64,000 nucleotides of DNA from an uncultured candidatus Porisulfidus sp. (lineage in GTDB: Bacteria; Pseudomonadota; Gammaproteobacteria; Poriferisulfidales; Oxydemutatoraceae). The notes beneath the pieces are model-generated. The model worked only from the letters and a program-made list of their open reading frames with translations, ran no database searches and was not told the DNA's origin. Where the stretch lies: contig OZ244052.1 of assembly GCA_965215125.1 (NCBI GenBank), positions 1,248,001 to 1,312,000 of the forward strand. Direction: 5' to 3'. Shown here piece after piece: positions 61,939 to 64,000 of the stretch; within the stretch, counting starts at the first letter, position 1, and the number at the start of each line of letters is the position of its first letter. The translations under genes and the position numbers were made by a program.

Positions 61939-63045
61939 CTAAGATCTCGCCTCGCTTAACTTAAACTGCATAAGACTGCGTCCCTCGTCGGTATCGGGAA
62001 GTTTCTTAGATTCCACATCAAAATCCACTAAACTTTCAATCTTATTCTTAAAATCGTTGCTCTCTTCGGTAAAACTCACATCCAGTTTGAGGCTGTCACT
62101 GTTTAATTCAAGTTTTTCTACACGGCAAAGCAAACAATTGGATAGTAGTTTATCAACTCGCACCAACATAGACCAAGCATTCTCCTGTCGTTGCTCGCTA
62201 TAAGACCTCAAGTATTCTATGTAGCGTGCTACCTGAGCTCGCACATCCGATACCTCGCCGCCCGGTATTTTTAATTGTTCAACCAACTGCTCGGATTGAA
62301 GTCGGGCATTCTCGGTATATAAATCGTAGCGTTGTGTATCAAAAAACATTATGGTTAGGTGTGCGCCAAAGGCGATAAATGCCAATCCTATCGCTGTTCG
62401 CCAAGGTTTGATGTATGTCGTAGCGGCATTGCTTGTGGCGTATTCGCCTTGTAGTAGGTTGATCGCATCGGGAGGTGCACCGCCGCCCATCATTTCATCG
62501 AGCGGTGCGGGTAAAGCATGAGCATCCTGTTGCCATGCATCGGGTAAGGCTTGTGCGTTATCGCTATAGATATTAAGGTGGCTGGCATGTACATGCACGG
62601 AAACCAAGGACGCGATCCAGTCTATGCTACCGGCACCACCCGAATGAAAGCTATCTCTCATCAAGCAACGTTCACCTTCGTGCCAAACCGTCAGTTGTTC
62701 ATCGGTGTACGGCAAAGCGTATAGTTCGGGAATCATTTTACGAGGCTGTACTTGTTGTTCTCGGGCCAATGCTAAGTAGTCGTCTAACTGTTGTTTGGAG
62801 ACGGCGATAACCGAAACTTGTTCGTCTGCATTTTGGTCAAACGCAAAATGTGTTTTTTCTACCGAAGTGATAAGCGAGTCTTCTAATGCAAAAGGTATAG
62901 TTTGACGCCATGATTTTTTGCTTTTTGCCGGCATGGTGGGTTGGAAAAAAGCGAATTCGTCTATCGGCAACCAAAGTATATCTTTACTTTTGCCGCTTTT
63001 TCCCGCTATTTCTACAAGTTCCGAATCCGGTGTTATTTTCCACAT
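61939..63045 (-). CDS. gspL: Type II secretion protein L
   Basis: IPFALED.L....E..HFA, PELYALP, INLLQGEY, W...IGLA. Confidence 0.85.
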   Translation of the reverse strand: MWKITPDSELVEIAGKSGKSKDILWLPIDEFAFFQPTMPAKSKKSWRQTIPFALEDSLITSVEKTHFAFDQNADEQVSVIAVSKQQLDDYLALAREQQVQPRKMIPELYALPYTDEQLTVWHEGERCLMRDSFHSGGAGSIDWIASLVSVHVHASHLNIYSDNAQALPDAWQQDAHALPAPLDEMMGGGAPPDAINLLQGEYATSNAATTYIKPWRTAIGLAFIAFGAHLTIMFFDTQRYDLYTENARLQSEQLVEQLKIPGGEVSDVRAQVARYIEYLRSYSEQRQENAWSMLVRVDKLLSNCLLCRVEKLELNSDSLKLDVSFTEESNDFKNKIESLVDFDVESKKLPDTDEGRSLMQFKLSEARS

Positions 63046-63114
63046 TGCTCTGGTGAAGTTTCTTTGCTCAAATTTCCTAAAATACAGCCTTAAATATATA
63101 AATAACTATGCGAT

Positions 63115-64000
63115 CTAACTCTCATAACAACTATCATTTAAGGACATTGCACTCGCCATAATCTCGTAAGGATTGTACCCTATATAATGCCGTTCAAGTA
63201 CATAAACCTTATAAGGCGCGTTCAACGCCTCACGGTAAAATAAACTGTGCATTTGCGTCGTAGTCTGACTTTCGCCTCGTCCTATGCCTAATTCTATATA
63301 AGCGGCAAAAAATCGGCTCTGCACATCTAGATATTCTTTATACCATTGGCGTTTTTTATTATCTTCTATATAAGGCTTTAAGAGGTTGTTTATGGCTTTT
63401 CTATTTCTCAACGGTTCTTTGCGTATATCTCTATAAAGTTCCTCTGCATTGGAACTGCCTATATATGGTAGTGTTGCAAGCACGGCAATTGATGCATTAT
63501 TGATATTAATCCGTTTACCGTTGGGGGCATCGGTAGGTAGCGCAACGAGATAAGCTAGTATATCATCCATTCCCAATTCAAAATCACCGTCGTCGGGATG
63601 TCCGCTGCTTTGCATCGGGAATTCTCTGAACACTTTAATAAGATAGAGCTCTTGTATAGAAGCGATAGGTCCGTTGGCTGCGCGATAAGAGGGTTTTTCA
63701 AAACTATAGTCGGAACTTTCGGCACCTTTAGGTCTGTAGTCATCGTTATAGTCCAACCAGTCGCGTAAGTTGTCCAAAAACTCCCCCACATCACTCTGGT
63801 CCAAGTCTATATCCTCTCTGGAATACAATTCTCTGAAACGCTGTGTATACCAGTCTGCCCGAGCCGGTGGGTTTTCCTCGGTATCAAAGTAACTGTTATC
63901 AACTTTGTTGACACCTTCTATACGAGTTACCTGTCCGCCGAGTAGCATATTATTAACATTGAGCATAGCCTGCAGGTCATAAATACAAAGTTTGGTTTTT
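63115..64000 (-). CDS. gspK: Type II secretion minor pseudopilin K (5' part outside window)
   Basis: IYDLQA.LNVNN, DWLD.ND...GAE..DY, YRAAN, ININNAS..VL. Confidence 0.88.
   Translation of the reverse strand, partial: KTKLCIYDLQAMLNVNNMLLGGQVTRIEGVNKVDNSYFDTEENPPARADWYTQRFRELYSREDIDLDQSDVGEFLDNLRDWLDYNDDYRPKGAESSDYSFEKPSYRAANGPIASIQELYLIKVFREFPMQSSGHPDDGDFELGMDDILAYLVALPTDAPNGKRININNASIAVLATLPYIGSSNAEELYRDIRKEPLRNRKAINNLLKPYIEDNKKRQWYKEYLDVQSRFFAAYIELGIGRGESQTTTQMHSLFYREALNAPYKVYVLERHYIGYNPYEIMASAMSLNDSCYES

Overview
Gammaproteobacterial chromosomal segment. The housekeeping backbone comprises nqrDEF-apbE-nqrM, tatD, dinB, tRNA-Thr/Arg, murJ, envC, grxC-secB-gpsA, pyrD, hda, purMN, rnd, rpiA, ilvA, lpxL, dsbD-cutA, fxsA, groES/EL and gspKLMN. 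Accessory DNA interrupts it: AT-rich sulfotransferase and fucosyltransferase-like genes, an isolated T3SS sctQRSTU cluster, and a duplicated, partly decayed surface-protein island (VWA/HEXXH protein plus a 3057-aa GLUG-repeat protein). This gene content suggests a host-associated marine symbiont (inference). The most notable system is two ~1.26-kb elements, each holding only a TnpB gene with intact RuvC motifs, bounded by 24-bp terminal inverted repeats and 8-bp target-site duplications. This is unlike IS200/IS605 or IS607 ends. The TIRs resemble those of an adjacent IS1595-derived element that carries a restriction-modification system, and the predicted omega-RNA has a loop able to form a pseudoknot with the terminal bases of the TIR. 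The working hypothesis is an RNA-guided nuclease co-adapted to an IS1595-type DDE transposon.
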